64,000 nt of DNA from Antedon mediterranea (lineage: Eukaryota > Animalia > Echinodermata), in contig NC_092680.1 in assembly GCF_964355755.1 (NCBI RefSeq), positions 3,906,001 through 3,970,000 of the forward strand, in the 5' to 3' direction. Within the stretch, counting starts at the first letter, position 1. Each line of letters begins with the position of its first letter. Under the pieces are notes generated by a model. It worked only from the letters and a program-made list of their open reading frames with translations, did not search any database and was not told the origin of the DNA. Below, in pieces: positions 25,201 to 37,817 of the stretch. The position numbers and the translations under genes were made by a program.

Positions 25201-28200
25201 TAGTATTTATGGTAATTCATTTTAATGACCTCATTTACATTGGTTAAAATACACACTGTAATGAATATCATTTTACACATAGGATGCAATTTTATGCCAT
25301 TTTAAATTCCATATCGTCATAATTGTTGTTTTCTTTTGGGTCGTAGAGTCCAAACAAAACATAACACTTAAACTAACTGGAGGTGTAACTACTTACGATG
25401 GTTTGGTTCAATTAAGCTACGTGGACGATTCTGGATTTGGAACAATCTGCGGAAAAGATTTCAACATTGGAACTGCTCACGTAATCTGCAATGAACTCGG
25501 CTTCTACCAAGGAGCGTATTCATTTTCTTTGGGAGAAAGTGGTACTGGAAAAGGCAGCATTATAATGCTTAATCGGATAAGATGTCAGGGAAGTGAATCT
25601 AGGCTTATTGACTGCATGTATGAGTTTGTTGACAATTGTACGCATGGACATGATGTTAGTGTTGTCTGCGTTCCAATTACTATAGGTAAAATATATTACT
25701 TTTAAAATTAACCCATTCGTGTAGGTTAAAAAACATACCATAACGCATATTGTTTTAGCATCGAATTCCTTATAAAGAATTGAAAGAGTAACATTTACTC
25801 TTTGCTTTTACTGAGTTCGCTTTATTTCCTTTATAAGAAATATAAAATAAATGAAAATACATTTTACAATAACATTTAATGACAAAAAACAAGAAGATCG
25901 ACGTTTCGGAACCATCATGGAACCATTTTCCAGATCAAGTGATCGAATTTTCTCTCAAACTTCCTAGTAGATGTTCTCCATCTATTTGATTTGGTTTGCT
26001 GTGGTCCGCTCTAGCAAACGTTGGGGGTAATGCCAGTGTTTTGACAAAGTTATAAATAAATATATATAACAACTTTGCACTGATGAAGGGCTAGTGTTGC
26101 CCGAAAGCTCTGCATATTTTCTGACTGTTTTACTTTATCGTTTTGATTTAGCTTTTTGATTTAGCTTTTTGCTTATTTTACTTTGTATCTCCATTGAGAT
26201 CCACAGTATTTTCATTTTCAGTAATTTGCCTTTCGATTTATATATATATACAACCGTTGATTGGAACAGACACTGATTCTGTACCATTCTCTTAAAGAAG
26301 GTAAACTTTGGTACGGTAGGCTACATTATATAGCACATTACTTATGTAATTGTTTTTAATTAAAAAAAATAAATAAAAACATTAAATATTAGTACAGCTA
26401 GTAGAGTTTGTTCAACCTGATGTGAAAACATTTACCGGTTTCAAGATATTTCTAAAATTGTTTTGTTTCTTTTTGTCATAGAGTCAAAAGAAATTGTAAC
26501 ACTTAAACTAACTGGAAATGTAAATACTTATGAAGGTTTAGTTCAGTTAAGCTACGTAGACAACTCTGGATTTGGAACAATCTGCGGCAACGATTTCGAC
26601 ATTGGAACTGCTCACGTAATCTGTAATGAACTCGGCTTCTACCAAGGAGCTTATTCATTTTCTTTGGGAGACACTGGTATGGATAGCATTATAATGCTTA
26701 ATAAAATAAGATGTCAGGGAAGTGAATCTAGGCTCATTGACTGCATGTATGAGTTTGTTGACAATTGTACCCACGAACATGATGTTAGTGTCGTTTGCGT
26801 TCCAATTACTATGGGTAAAGTATTGCTTTAGTTTTAAATTGTAGTATTAGTTAACTTTGATAACTCGTGTTGGTTAAACTATATAGTCTTAGAGTAATTA
26901 ATACAATGTCACCTATACGGCATAATGCTATGTCATTCTTCAAATACCAGATAGGCTTATGTCTGACATTATTGCTTTTTTCATAGAGTCAAAACAAAAC
27001 ATAACACTTAAACTCTCTGGAGGCGCAACTACTTACGAAGGATTAGTCCAGTTAAGCTACCTAAACGATTCTGGGTTTGGAACAATCTGCGGAAAAGATT
27101 TCGACATTGGAACTGCTCACGTAATTTGTAATGAACTTGGCTTCTACCAAGGAGCTTATTCATTTTCTTTGGGAGACACTGGTATGGACAGCATTATAAT
27201 GCTTAATAAAATAAGATGCCAGGGAAATGAATCTAGGCTTATTGAATGCATGTATGAGTTTGTGGACGATTGTACACATGAACATGATGTTAGTGTCGTC
27301 TGCGTTCCAATTACTTTCGGTAATACTATTGTTTGCATAGTTTTTCTTTCTATTATTACATTAATTAATAATTTTAACAAACTTAATATTTGTGTTGGTT
27401 AACACACACAGTCCTTCCGTAATTAATAATTTGTTTACCTCTATGGCACAATGATATGTCATTATTCAAATTCCAGATCTGCCTAAATTCCTATATCTTT
27501 TTTTATTTTTGCGATAGAGTCAATACAAACCATAACACTGAAACTAACTGGAAGTGAAAATACTTACGAAGGTTTGGTCCAGTTAAGCTATGTAGACAAC
27601 TCTGGATTTGGAACAATCTGCGGCAACGATTTCAACATTGGAACTGCTCACGTAATCTGTAATGAACTCGGCTTCTACCAAGGAGCGTATTTATTTTCTT
27701 TGGGAGACACTGGTATGGACAGCATTATAATGGTCAATAAAATAAGATGCTACGGGAATGAATCTAGGCTCATTGACTGCATGTACGAGTTTGTTGAAGA
27801 TTGTACACATGAACATGATGTTAGTGTCGTTTGCGTTCCAATTACTATAGGTAAGGTATTGCTTTAGTTTTTTATTATTATTAAAGTAGAGTTCATATCA
27901 TTCAAATTTCATAAACTAGCCTGTGTTGGCTGAAAACTGTAACGAATATCTTTATATCTTTCCAAATTGTCCCATGATTAAAATTATTTTTGTTGTAGAG
28001 TCAAAACAGAGCATAACAATGAAACTAACTGGAAGTGTACATACATACGAAGGCCTAGTTCAGTTAAGTTACGTAGATGATTCTGGATTTGGAACAATTT
28101 GCGGCAAAGATTTCGACATTGTAACTGCTCACATAATCTGTAATGAACTCGGCTTCTACCAAGGAGCGTATTCATTTTCGTTGAGAGACACTGGTTTGGA

Positions 28201-31200
28201 CAGCATTATAATGCTTAATAAAATAAGATGCTATGGAAGTGAATCTAGGCTCATTGACTGCATGTACGAGTTTGTTGAAGATTGTACACATGAATATGAT
28301 GTTAGTGTCGTTTGCGTTCCAATTACTATAGGTAAGGTATTGCTTTAGATTTTATTATCATTATTAAAGTAGAGTTCATGTCATTCAAATTTTATAAACT
28401 AGCCTGTGTTGGCTGAAAACTGTAACGAATATCTTTATATCTTACCAAATTGTCCCATGATTAAAATTATTTTTGTTGTAGAGTCAAAACAGAGCATAAC
28501 AATGAAACTAACTGGAAGTGTACATACATACGAAGGCTTAGTTCAGTTAAGTTACGTAGACGATTCTGGATTTGGAACAATTTGCGGCAAAGATTTCGAC
28601 ATTGTAACTGCTCACATAATCTGTAATGAACTCGGCTTCTACCAAGGAGCTTATTCATTTTCTTTGGGAGACACTGGTATGGACAGCATTATAATGATTA
28701 ATAAAATAAGATGTCAGGGAAGTGAATCTAGGCTCATTGACTGCATGTACGAGTTTGTCGACGATTGTATGCACGAACATGATGTTAGTGTCGTTTGCGT
28801 TCCAGTTACTTTGGGTAAAGTATTGAATTTAATATGTTTACTAATTAGGCATTTGTTCCTCTATTTGTATCCGTTTCGTTTTTATAAACCTCCTGTTATT
28901 GGCAAATTTCTTTTTTCTGTTTGTTGAGTTTCGAAATAAAATAAATTAAAATGTTGGTTAAATAAGCATTAATTAATTTTGATGAACTCATTTTTGTTGG
29001 TCGATATATGTATTATAGGTCTACTGTACCGGAAAACACCTTCATGGTACAAATCTATGCGATTATTATGGTTGGTGAACATCCGTGCAAAATAGAATAC
29101 GATTTAGAGAAACATATAAGAATAGTAGGTAGTAACCTCGAGCAAATAGGATCGGGAGACCAATAAAAATGAGCCTATGCGGCAGAAGGCGCGATCAAAA
29201 CCATACAAAGTACGGTATATAGTAGGGTTAGGCCTACTATTTGAACGGTAGATCTGCAGATGGCTATAATTATTACTTTTCTCTTTTGTCATAGAGTCAA
29301 AACAAAGCATACAACTTAAACTAACTGGAGGTGTAAATGTTTTCGAAGGTTTAGTCCAATTAAGCTACGTAGACAATTCTGGATTTGGAACAGTCTGCGG
29401 CAACGACTTCGACATTGGAACTGCTCATGTTATATGTAATGAAGTCGGCTTCTACCAAGGAGCGTATTTATTTTCTTTGGGAGACACTGGTATAGACAGC
29501 ATTATAATGCTTAACAAGATAAGATGCTACGGGAATGAATCTAGGCTCATTGACTGCATGTACGAGTTTGTTGACAATTGTACGCATGGACATGATGTTA
29601 GTGTCGTTTGCGTTCCAATTACTTTGGGTAAAGTATTGCTTTTACACAATACAGTAGTTATTTGGTGACCATATGTTATAATGAATTAATTTGTGTTGCC
29701 TAAAATACACATCGTAGTGAATACCTTTTACAATATAAGGGCACAATTATATGTAATTGTTAATAAAGTAGACTAAGATTGAAATGGAGAAAAATCTCTA
29801 AAATTCTTAGTATAAAGGTTCATGTAGATCTCTGAAAAGTATTAAAATAATTTTTTTGGGATGATGCAAAAGAAACAATTAATTGAATACTTTGCCAATA
29901 AAAATTATAAATTAACAAAATAATATTAGCAGGTGATAATTTCACTTGTCAATTATCCGTGTTCCAAAGTTATTTAATATTTTATCTAATTCATTAATTT
30001 ATTAATTAGGTTTTATACACTTGCTTGTTTGTATCAATAACCTATTTTCAAATATTTATGCCTAATTAATACCTGTATCAATTCGGAAAGAAATACATAC
30101 AAAAACATTGTGTTGCTCAATTCCTTTCAAACAGAATTACTTTCTATCATTTATACTGCGGATGTTGCAAAACCTAAGGTGACCAATGTACACAATATCT
30201 TTCTGAGTTTGCACCGAAAAGTTTTTTTAGGATAGGATTCCAATGCAAAATATCTGTCTAATGGTATACTATTAATTTTGTTTTTTGTCATAGAGTCAAA
30301 GCAAAGCATGACACTTAAACTAACTGGAGGTGTAAATGTTTACGAAGGCTTAGTCCAATTAAGCTACGTAGACAATTCTGGATTTGGAACAGTCTGCGGC
30401 AACGACTTCGACATTGGAACTGCTCACGTAATCTGCAATGAACTCGGCTTTTACCAAGGAGCGTATTTATTTTCCTTGGGAGACACTGGTATGGACAGCA
30501 TTATAATGGTCAATAAAATAAGATGCCAGGGAAATGAATCTAGGCTCATTGACTGCATGTACGAGTTTGTTGACAATTGTACCCACGAACATGATGTTAG
30601 TGTCGTCTGCGTTCCAATTACTTTAGGTAAAGTATTGAATTCAATGATTTGATACTGAAAATTCTGGTAGATAAAAATATTAGAAAGTTTAAACAAGCTT
30701 TCAGCACTAGATGATTTCTTTTGATGTGTTAAATGTTGAAAATTGGTTAAAAATATAATTATTTAGGCTTAACTTTCAGTTATAACAAACATGAACAATT
30801 TTTAGAAATATGCTTATAGAATACGTTTGAAGTATTTAATTTCTTTTTCTTTGTTTTTGTTTTAGAAACGGATCGAGATATTGCAGTTAAATTCACTGAT
30901 GGATGGAGAAGTTATGAAGGCTTAGTTCGTCTTAGCTATTTTGATGGTTCAGGATTTGGTACTATATGCGGTCATGAATTCAGCATTACTGTAGCCAATG
31001 TGATCTGTCGAGAGATTGGTTTCTACAAAGGAGCATATTCATTTTCATTAGGCAATGTTACTGAGGAAGAAAGTATTATCATGCTAAACGAAATACAATG
31101 CACTGGGAATGAAAGTAAACTCATTGACTGTAATTTTATTTACGTGGATGAGTGCACACATGCCGATGATGTCAGTGTCGTCTGTATACCGATTGTTAAG

Positions 31201-34200
31201 GGTAATTTATTAATTATTATATTGAAGAGTAACAATCACAACCGTGTAAGGATCAATTGATATTGGTCATTAAAATATCGAGATCTTCAATAAGATCCGA
31301 AATAATTATAACGTGATACCTGCATTCTTGCAGTTTCTGATCACGTCCTCTAGTTTTACAACAATCAGAATAGTTAATATTTAAAGTTAATTTTTAAATT
31401 AAAGTATTTATTATTTCTTACAGAGTCGTTCGTTACATTTCTGTTTGGGAAATTTGGCTTTTACGAGGGAATAGTCTCCATTTATGATGGCAAAAACTTC
31501 AACCAAATGTGCTTGGATACTTGGGGTCGTTTAGAATCTGAAGTAATCTGCAGAGAACTAGGCCACAAAGCTGTACTATATTACGATAAAAACAAGCCGG
31601 ACCTGCCTGAGCCATATAAAAACCCAATCTTCAACTTCAATTGCAATGGTTCAGAGTCGTCTCTCATTGATTGTGTGACAGCACGTGATGAATCAGGTGG
31701 TACATGCAGACGAAATGACTATGTGGTGCGTGTGGAGTGTATACGTATATTACCGGATTTCTTCAACACCAGTGCTAACACGAGTGAACTGCTGTATAAT
31801 GTAGATTACTTACTTATAGATTCCGAGGAAGCGCAAAACCTGTCATCGGCAAGCTTCGGATATTTTGGTAGTAAACTGTTTATTATAGTACACATTATTT
31901 AATCATTCTCTCATTGCTGCATTTTTTTGTAATGTTGCTCTTGTGGACGGCAATGGTGCTACTTGTTGCTACCTATGCTACTTCTGTTTCCGACGATAGC
32001 GACCTAATCACTATGCGCGACGCGACTACGTAACTTGTAGGGCTATCAATCATAATGCGCATGCTCATAATTCTATTGAAAGTACTACTCGTTATTGTAC
32101 AAATTGTACAACAATGAGACTTATCCCATTTTTTAATATTCGTAGTTCGTTTTAAATATTTCATGTTAAGTTGTATGAATGACTAGCATATTTATATTTT
32201 AGTATACATTTTTTATTCCTTTCTAGTCATTGATTCACCGACCTCAAATGTCACCAATTCACTGGAACTGGTCAATTCAGAGCCGTTTATGTATACCTTC
32301 TATCCTGAACAAAATCAATTTTCAAGTACGTATTAGTCTAATGTAGTTGTAGTTGTATTTGATAGTTTGTGTCATCTAACATTGAACGGTCCAACGAAAT
32401 TAATATTTTAATACGACAGTTAAAACCCCACGAGGTAACACCTTCCATTCGGGACTCAACAAAGAATCCCTTTAAGTGTGTCGCAGGGGTTGGATTTAGG
32501 GTTAAACCATATTACCCTTTGTTTATTTCACGCGGAAAAGTGTCCTCTGAAAATAGGGATGTCCCAAAAGAGAGTTCCAATGTAGTAGAAAATCATGGTT
32601 GACTGATAGATCATTGACTTTTCAACAAGTCATGTCAACATTATTCTTTTTTAAATTACGTAGTACGTATTGTCACAATAACATTGATTAACATCGGAGA
32701 CTTGCCCTTGCTGTCATCGATAACCAATACAATCGAATTTATTGATTTATATTATTATAATAGATTATGAATTGGTTACGTCGTCTTATCTGATGTCAAA
32801 TAGTCTTACAAAAATAAATAAAACCGGTAAAGTTCCATTTTTGGAAGAAAGGTAAACAATAAAATACATCAATCAATCAATCAAAGTAACATTTATTTCT
32901 CTTATAATTTCATAATAAATAAAAAATAACAGTAAATAGGATTAAAATAAGAGGGGCAAAATTTAAAAAAAGCGAAGCTTGTATAGGCAGCCCATAAAAA
33001 GACAAAAAGAAAACAGGACAACATGGAAACCGGAAACATACATAAAATAACAACTTAAGCAACTAACATACTACTATACTTATTCTTGACTAGGATTGCT
33101 AAGTCAAGTTATATAAGCAAAGTAATTATTATTTTGAATATCATAACAATTGTGTATTTTCTTGTTTTGTCAGCTCGAATACACATATCTACGCATATGG
33201 AGGCATCTTTGGTTTAAACGTATACTCGCCACTTGGAGAGATGTTGTCTGCAAAAGCACGTTTCACATATCCCAGAAATTTAGTAAGTAGTATGCATTCG
33301 AGTTATGAAAGAGAAAAATATGTATGCAGAATTATAGTAACTTTAACATTTTTTTTAAATTTACGTTACAGACACTTCCGTTTACCGTTGATGTTCCTAA
33401 GGGTTCAACGTTTGAACCTATATGCACGTATTTTGATCCAATTACGCAGTAAGTAACTCCTATTCTAGTTGTTTTAAAAGTTACTTATTCATTGTATATG
33501 TTGTATAATAATTAATTAGTTAATTTAGTTTTTTGTTTTTTATTTGTAAATACATCGTATAACTATGATCAATAAGTAATGATTCAGTCTTTTAAAAATG
33601 TAAAAATGGTTGATATTGGGTACAGGGCACACCTTTTAATTAAGGAACAAACAGACACAATTTTTTATAATACATAATGTCTTATTAAAGATTAACTTAT
33701 ACATGAATTTACTTTTCAGACTATCATTAATGGGCTACATAGTTTCATCAATCAATTTAACCCCTGTGTTTCAGTATATTGTTTTAAAAGTATGCATTAT
33801 TCAAGCTAATCTCAACGAATTCCTTTGATATTTATTATTTTCCTGTTAGAATTTGGTCTTCGGAAGGTTTAATAACTGAAGAAGTAAATGGAACAATTAG
33901 ATGTGAAAGTGAGCACCTGACAAGCTTCTCAATAATGATGAAAGTTACAACACATCCCCAGGTAGGCATTTTTACCCTCAAGCGTGGCTCCCACTAGAGG
34001 TGCAACGTAACGACGTAGATTTAATGCAAGCGAGTTGACCAATGATTTTATTTTATTTTCAATATTGATGAACATTACAATGCATCCCTTTATTCAATAC
34101 AACATAGCAAAATATACCTAATATTAAATTTGTAACAATCATTTTAATTTCAAAATAATACTTTTTTGAAGAGCTTTTGACGATAAATGATTGATTACAT

Positions 34201-37200
34201 TTTCCCCAAATCGCATGGAATTAAAACTTTAAAAATAATCGCATCTAATTTAATGTGCTGTATTTGTAGAAAACATTCTGGGAGACGGTTCTTTCGGTTA
34301 TGACATATCTCTGTCTTGGATTATCGATATGTGTTTCCATTCCTACGTACATATCATTCATGTATATAAGGTAAGTTTTTGCCAAAGTCACCAATTCAAA
34401 CCAATATTGGCTGTAGTTGTAAAAAAAAAGGTTTGCAAACACGTGTTTGCTAAAGTTAGGTAGTATGTTATACTAGGCTACCAATGTTTAAAATACTTCT
34501 GTTTTATTGACTGAATTCACAAACCTCAGAAAATAAGAAAAGTCCACGACCTAACGTTTGCAAACTAGTTTTCTGGTCTGCTGCAGCAAACTTTGAAAAC
34601 CTTTTCTTGCTCAACTCAGAGTTTGTAAACTAAAGTTTTCAAGTGTAGACTAGGCCTTTATACCTACTGTAGGCTGTACAATAATATTAATGTATTGTTT
34701 GGTGTTTACCAGGAAAGTCCACGTTTTCTGGTCTATTGTAGCAAACTTTGGAAAACTCAGAGTTCGTAAACTAAAGTTTACTAGGCCTGCTTACCTAGAT
34801 TGTACAATAATTTCAATTGCTCAATTTTAGGAAATGATACCTTAGAATTGGTGATAGAATTGGTGAATATGATTGAGTACGTACGATGTAGCATTATTGT
34901 TTGTCCATAATAGATATTTGTAATACTAACTAATTGTCTTATTGTAGGTTAGTATTGGTAAATAAAACCATATCATTATATATTACTGTTTTTTTAATTC
35001 TTCAGAACGCTTCGTTTAAATACAAGATTTATCATCGTACGAAACATTGTACTTTCTGTTTGCTTAAGAGATCTTATGTTTCTTTTTACTGATTTCGTCA
35101 CGAGTTTGGCAAGTAAGGTTAGTTGAAAACATTAAATACTGTATAAAAAAGTGTATCCAAATCAGATTACACTTCAAAAGTAGTACTAATGGTTTTTAAA
35201 AGAATAAACAAAAATGACCACTTTTCGTTATGCGAATGGTCTGATTATATTTATATTGGTCTGTATGTATGACCTCTACAGATTTATATTAAACTATTTC
35301 ATGCCACCACAATTGTAATACGGATTGTTAAATACTTTCACAAATACAGTTCACACAAATTAATTCACATTACACATTGGAGAATAGAAACAAAAATGTT
35401 TGTTCAAATGAAAATACTATTTTGGTGTAATACTAGTCACTAGTTTTACTAGTACTATAATATATTTACAATTGCAGCCATCGTATCTTTGTGAGGTCAC
35501 AGGTGCACTACTCCAATACATGAGCACGTGTGCGTTTCTCTGGATGTTATGCGCATCGACTGACATATGGTTGAAAGTTCACTTTCCATATTTTAACCAC
35601 GCTAACAATATATACTTCTATCGTTCTCTATCATACATATCCCCAATGTTTATTGTCTGTGCGACAATCGGAGGATTTAGAAGTGGATATGTTGATGAAA
35701 ACAGGTAAGTGTGTATAATGTAGTTCATTAAATGTTATTTTTCATAGCATTTTTGTTTATAAGTTTACCTATTTGAATAATATATACCAGTCCAACAATT
35801 ACCTAATATGAAAACCACTTGAACAGATTGTTTTCTTCCATTCCAGTCATTATGCCAATCGTTCTCAACATTTTACCAATCTTTGTGAGAAAATGTTATA
35901 TAATTATTATTTTCTGATTTTACCTTTATTTAGCTGTTGGCTCAGTATCACCAGTCAATCTATGTGGGTTTTTTACTCGACTGCGATAGTTCTGATTGTA
36001 GTAAGTATTATTGAGCTAAACTAACGATTATTTTAACCTAAAGAAATATCGCCAATTATTATTAAAAAAATACTTTTTTCTCCAATCACGTGTAATAGGA
36101 GACTTGGTTTACTAGATAGTGATTAGGTTCGGTTTTTGTTAATAATGTTTCTATCTTCATCGTATTTTTCTGTATCGTTTTGAAATAACTAAATAACAAG
36201 CATCTTTCCCAAAGGCACATACAATATGGCGTAATTAATTCTACAATGCGTATAGTATAACATGACAATCAATTCGATCAATTTCATATATTCATCAACC
36301 AAATATTTTAAAGTTCAAGAAGTTTAACTTTATTTATCTACGGTGGCTCAGAACAACACAGGGAGGTAAAAAACATTTTGATGTTTTTCAGCTTATTTCG
36401 ATAGAGTTAGCTATGGTGGCATGTAAGACGACTCAAGCGCTCAAGAATTCTGTGCAGCCCGCGAACATAGCATCAACGAAGGATCCAAAACAATCCAGGT
36501 ACCTATTTTATCTATTTTATCTATTTAATTTCTTTAAGCACATTGTTCTTATTTTGATTTTTAATTTATATTAGGAGCGCTAATATACAAAGGATATCAT
36601 AGCTTAATTGTGATTGCCTACTCCTTCTTTAAAGATGTATTGTTCCCCAAAAAACATGAAAATGAAGATTAATAAAATTAGACTATGAATAGGTTATTTT
36701 GTAATTTTAATAAAGTTAATCACTTCCGTAGGGAAAAAAACTTTTATTTATAAGATAACATAATAAATGGTTAAATTCAACAAAAAAATAATTGGCTGGC
36801 AGCCAATTTGACCTTTTTTGTTTATTTTTACATTTTCTTAAAGATGGGTCTAAATAAATGTTTGATTAGATCCAATTTTTGGTCAAAGTGGATAACTATT
36901 ATGTGACATTAAAATGGCATATTCAACAACTAAAAAAGTAAAAATTATTTTTCGTAAGTTTTTAAGTACGCTATGCAGTTATATAAAATGAACTGATAAG
37001 ATTAAGTGTTGAAGTAAGCCTAATTGATCCGAGGATCTACCGTTGGGATCAGGGGATCAGGCCATTATCCGCATGTGCATTGCGCTACCTACAAAACTTC
37101 ATAGGTTCTAAAATGATTTTACTACTTTGTAATGACTTGCACCTTTACGTGTGTATACATGTGTCTTTATTAATGTATAATGGCCTCCTCTTTCGTATAG

Positions 37201-37817
37201 AAATATGGCCAAGTCTTTCCTACCGTTGCTGGCAGTTTTTGGTATCACTTGGATTCTGGGTATTTTTCTTGTTATCGGCGGCACCATTATATTTGATTTA
37301 TTATTTGTTATTGTTAATGGTCTCCAAGGTTTCGTTCTTTTCCTTTCTCAATTTCTTTTTAGTAAACAGGTAAATATAAATTAATATTTTTTTTTTAATT
37401 TGACAATGTTATTGCTATTTCAAGCCTATGCTGTTTGTTCTTGAATTCGAGTGTTAATTAAGAGAACCACATTAGGTAAATCTTTTCATAACTGGAACTC
37501 ATAAATACACTATATAATTTCAACTTTAGCATAGACCTACTAAAAACTGTTGAGCCAAGGTAGTACATTACCATTTGTTATTAAACTGAAATTGTCTAAT
37601 TAACCGTCTTATATGAGGTATATAATTACTTATTTTTTGTTTCGGTAATATTTTCAAAAACATTTTCAATGAGATCATGAAGTAAGTCTTTAAACAAAAA
37701 CTAGATTTTTATTTTAAATTTTGAAATAAAAATTAAATGTTTATTTTAAATTTTGATACTAAGGTACATAATGCTTGGACAGAAAGCAAAGAGCGTGCAA
37801 CCACAAGGACATTATAG
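22284..37817 (+). CDS. Adhesion GPCR 2: signal peptide, 14 SRCR domains, compact GAIN, GPS, 7TM (~2053 aa if all 27 exons are used)
   Basis: Signal exon 22284-22356. SRCR exons 22794-23102, 23415-23744, 24219-24563; nine near-identical copies at 24835-25167, 25347-25685, 26482-26814, 26987-27319, 27518-27850, 27999-28331, 28482-28814, 29295-29627, 30294-30626; then 30866-31201 and 31424-31867. GAIN exons 32227-32325, 32764-32851, 33174-33282, 33372-33448. GPS exon 33850-33961 (WSSEGL...CESEHLTSFSIMM). 7TM exons 34270-34370, 35006-35117, 35478-35704, 35934-36000, 36392-36498, 37201-37369. Last exon 37764-37817. Phases join into one 6162-nt ORF. Confidence 0.9.
24835..30626 (+). repeat. Tandem array of nine near-identical SRCR exons (eight of 333 nt, one of 339 nt)
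   Basis: Each copy reads E-S-x4-5-LKL(T/S)G...GLVQLSY...GT(I/V)CG...CNE(L/V)GFYQGAY...IRC.G.ESRLI(D/E)CMYEFV..C.H..DVSVVCVP with intact AG/GT sites. The six-cysteine pattern is group A type. Confidence 0.95.
26076..26114 (+). ncRNA. Minimal type I hammerhead ribozyme motif of the Penelope-like-element type
   Basis: TGCA-CTGATGA-A-GGGC tagtgtt GCCC-GAA-AGCT-C^TGCA. It has an intact CUGAUGA/GAAA core, a 4-bp helix II and a 4-bp helix I; helix III is reduced to the palindrome AGCT. Predicted cut after C26110. Confidence 0.7.
36629..36960. mobile_element. Non-autonomous TTAA-target DNA element family (Kolobok-like); related pieces at ~38310-38520 and 57282-57555
   Basis: Termini TTAA|AGATGTATTG and GGGG(G)A(C/T)AATATATC(T)|TTAA. 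Shared internal TTTTAATA(A/C)AGTTAATCACT and GTGACATTAAAAT occur at three loci. Confidence 0.55.

Noticed and set aside
22794-31867. Treating each SRCR ORF as a separate small gene or pseudogene
   Set aside because: Each is bounded by AG/GT in phase 1 and joins into one ORF with a single signal peptide and a single 7TM.
37800-37817. Class I PDZ-binding motif at the C-terminus TTRTL
   Set aside because: Position -2 is Arg rather than Ser or Thr, so it does not fit the class I consensus.
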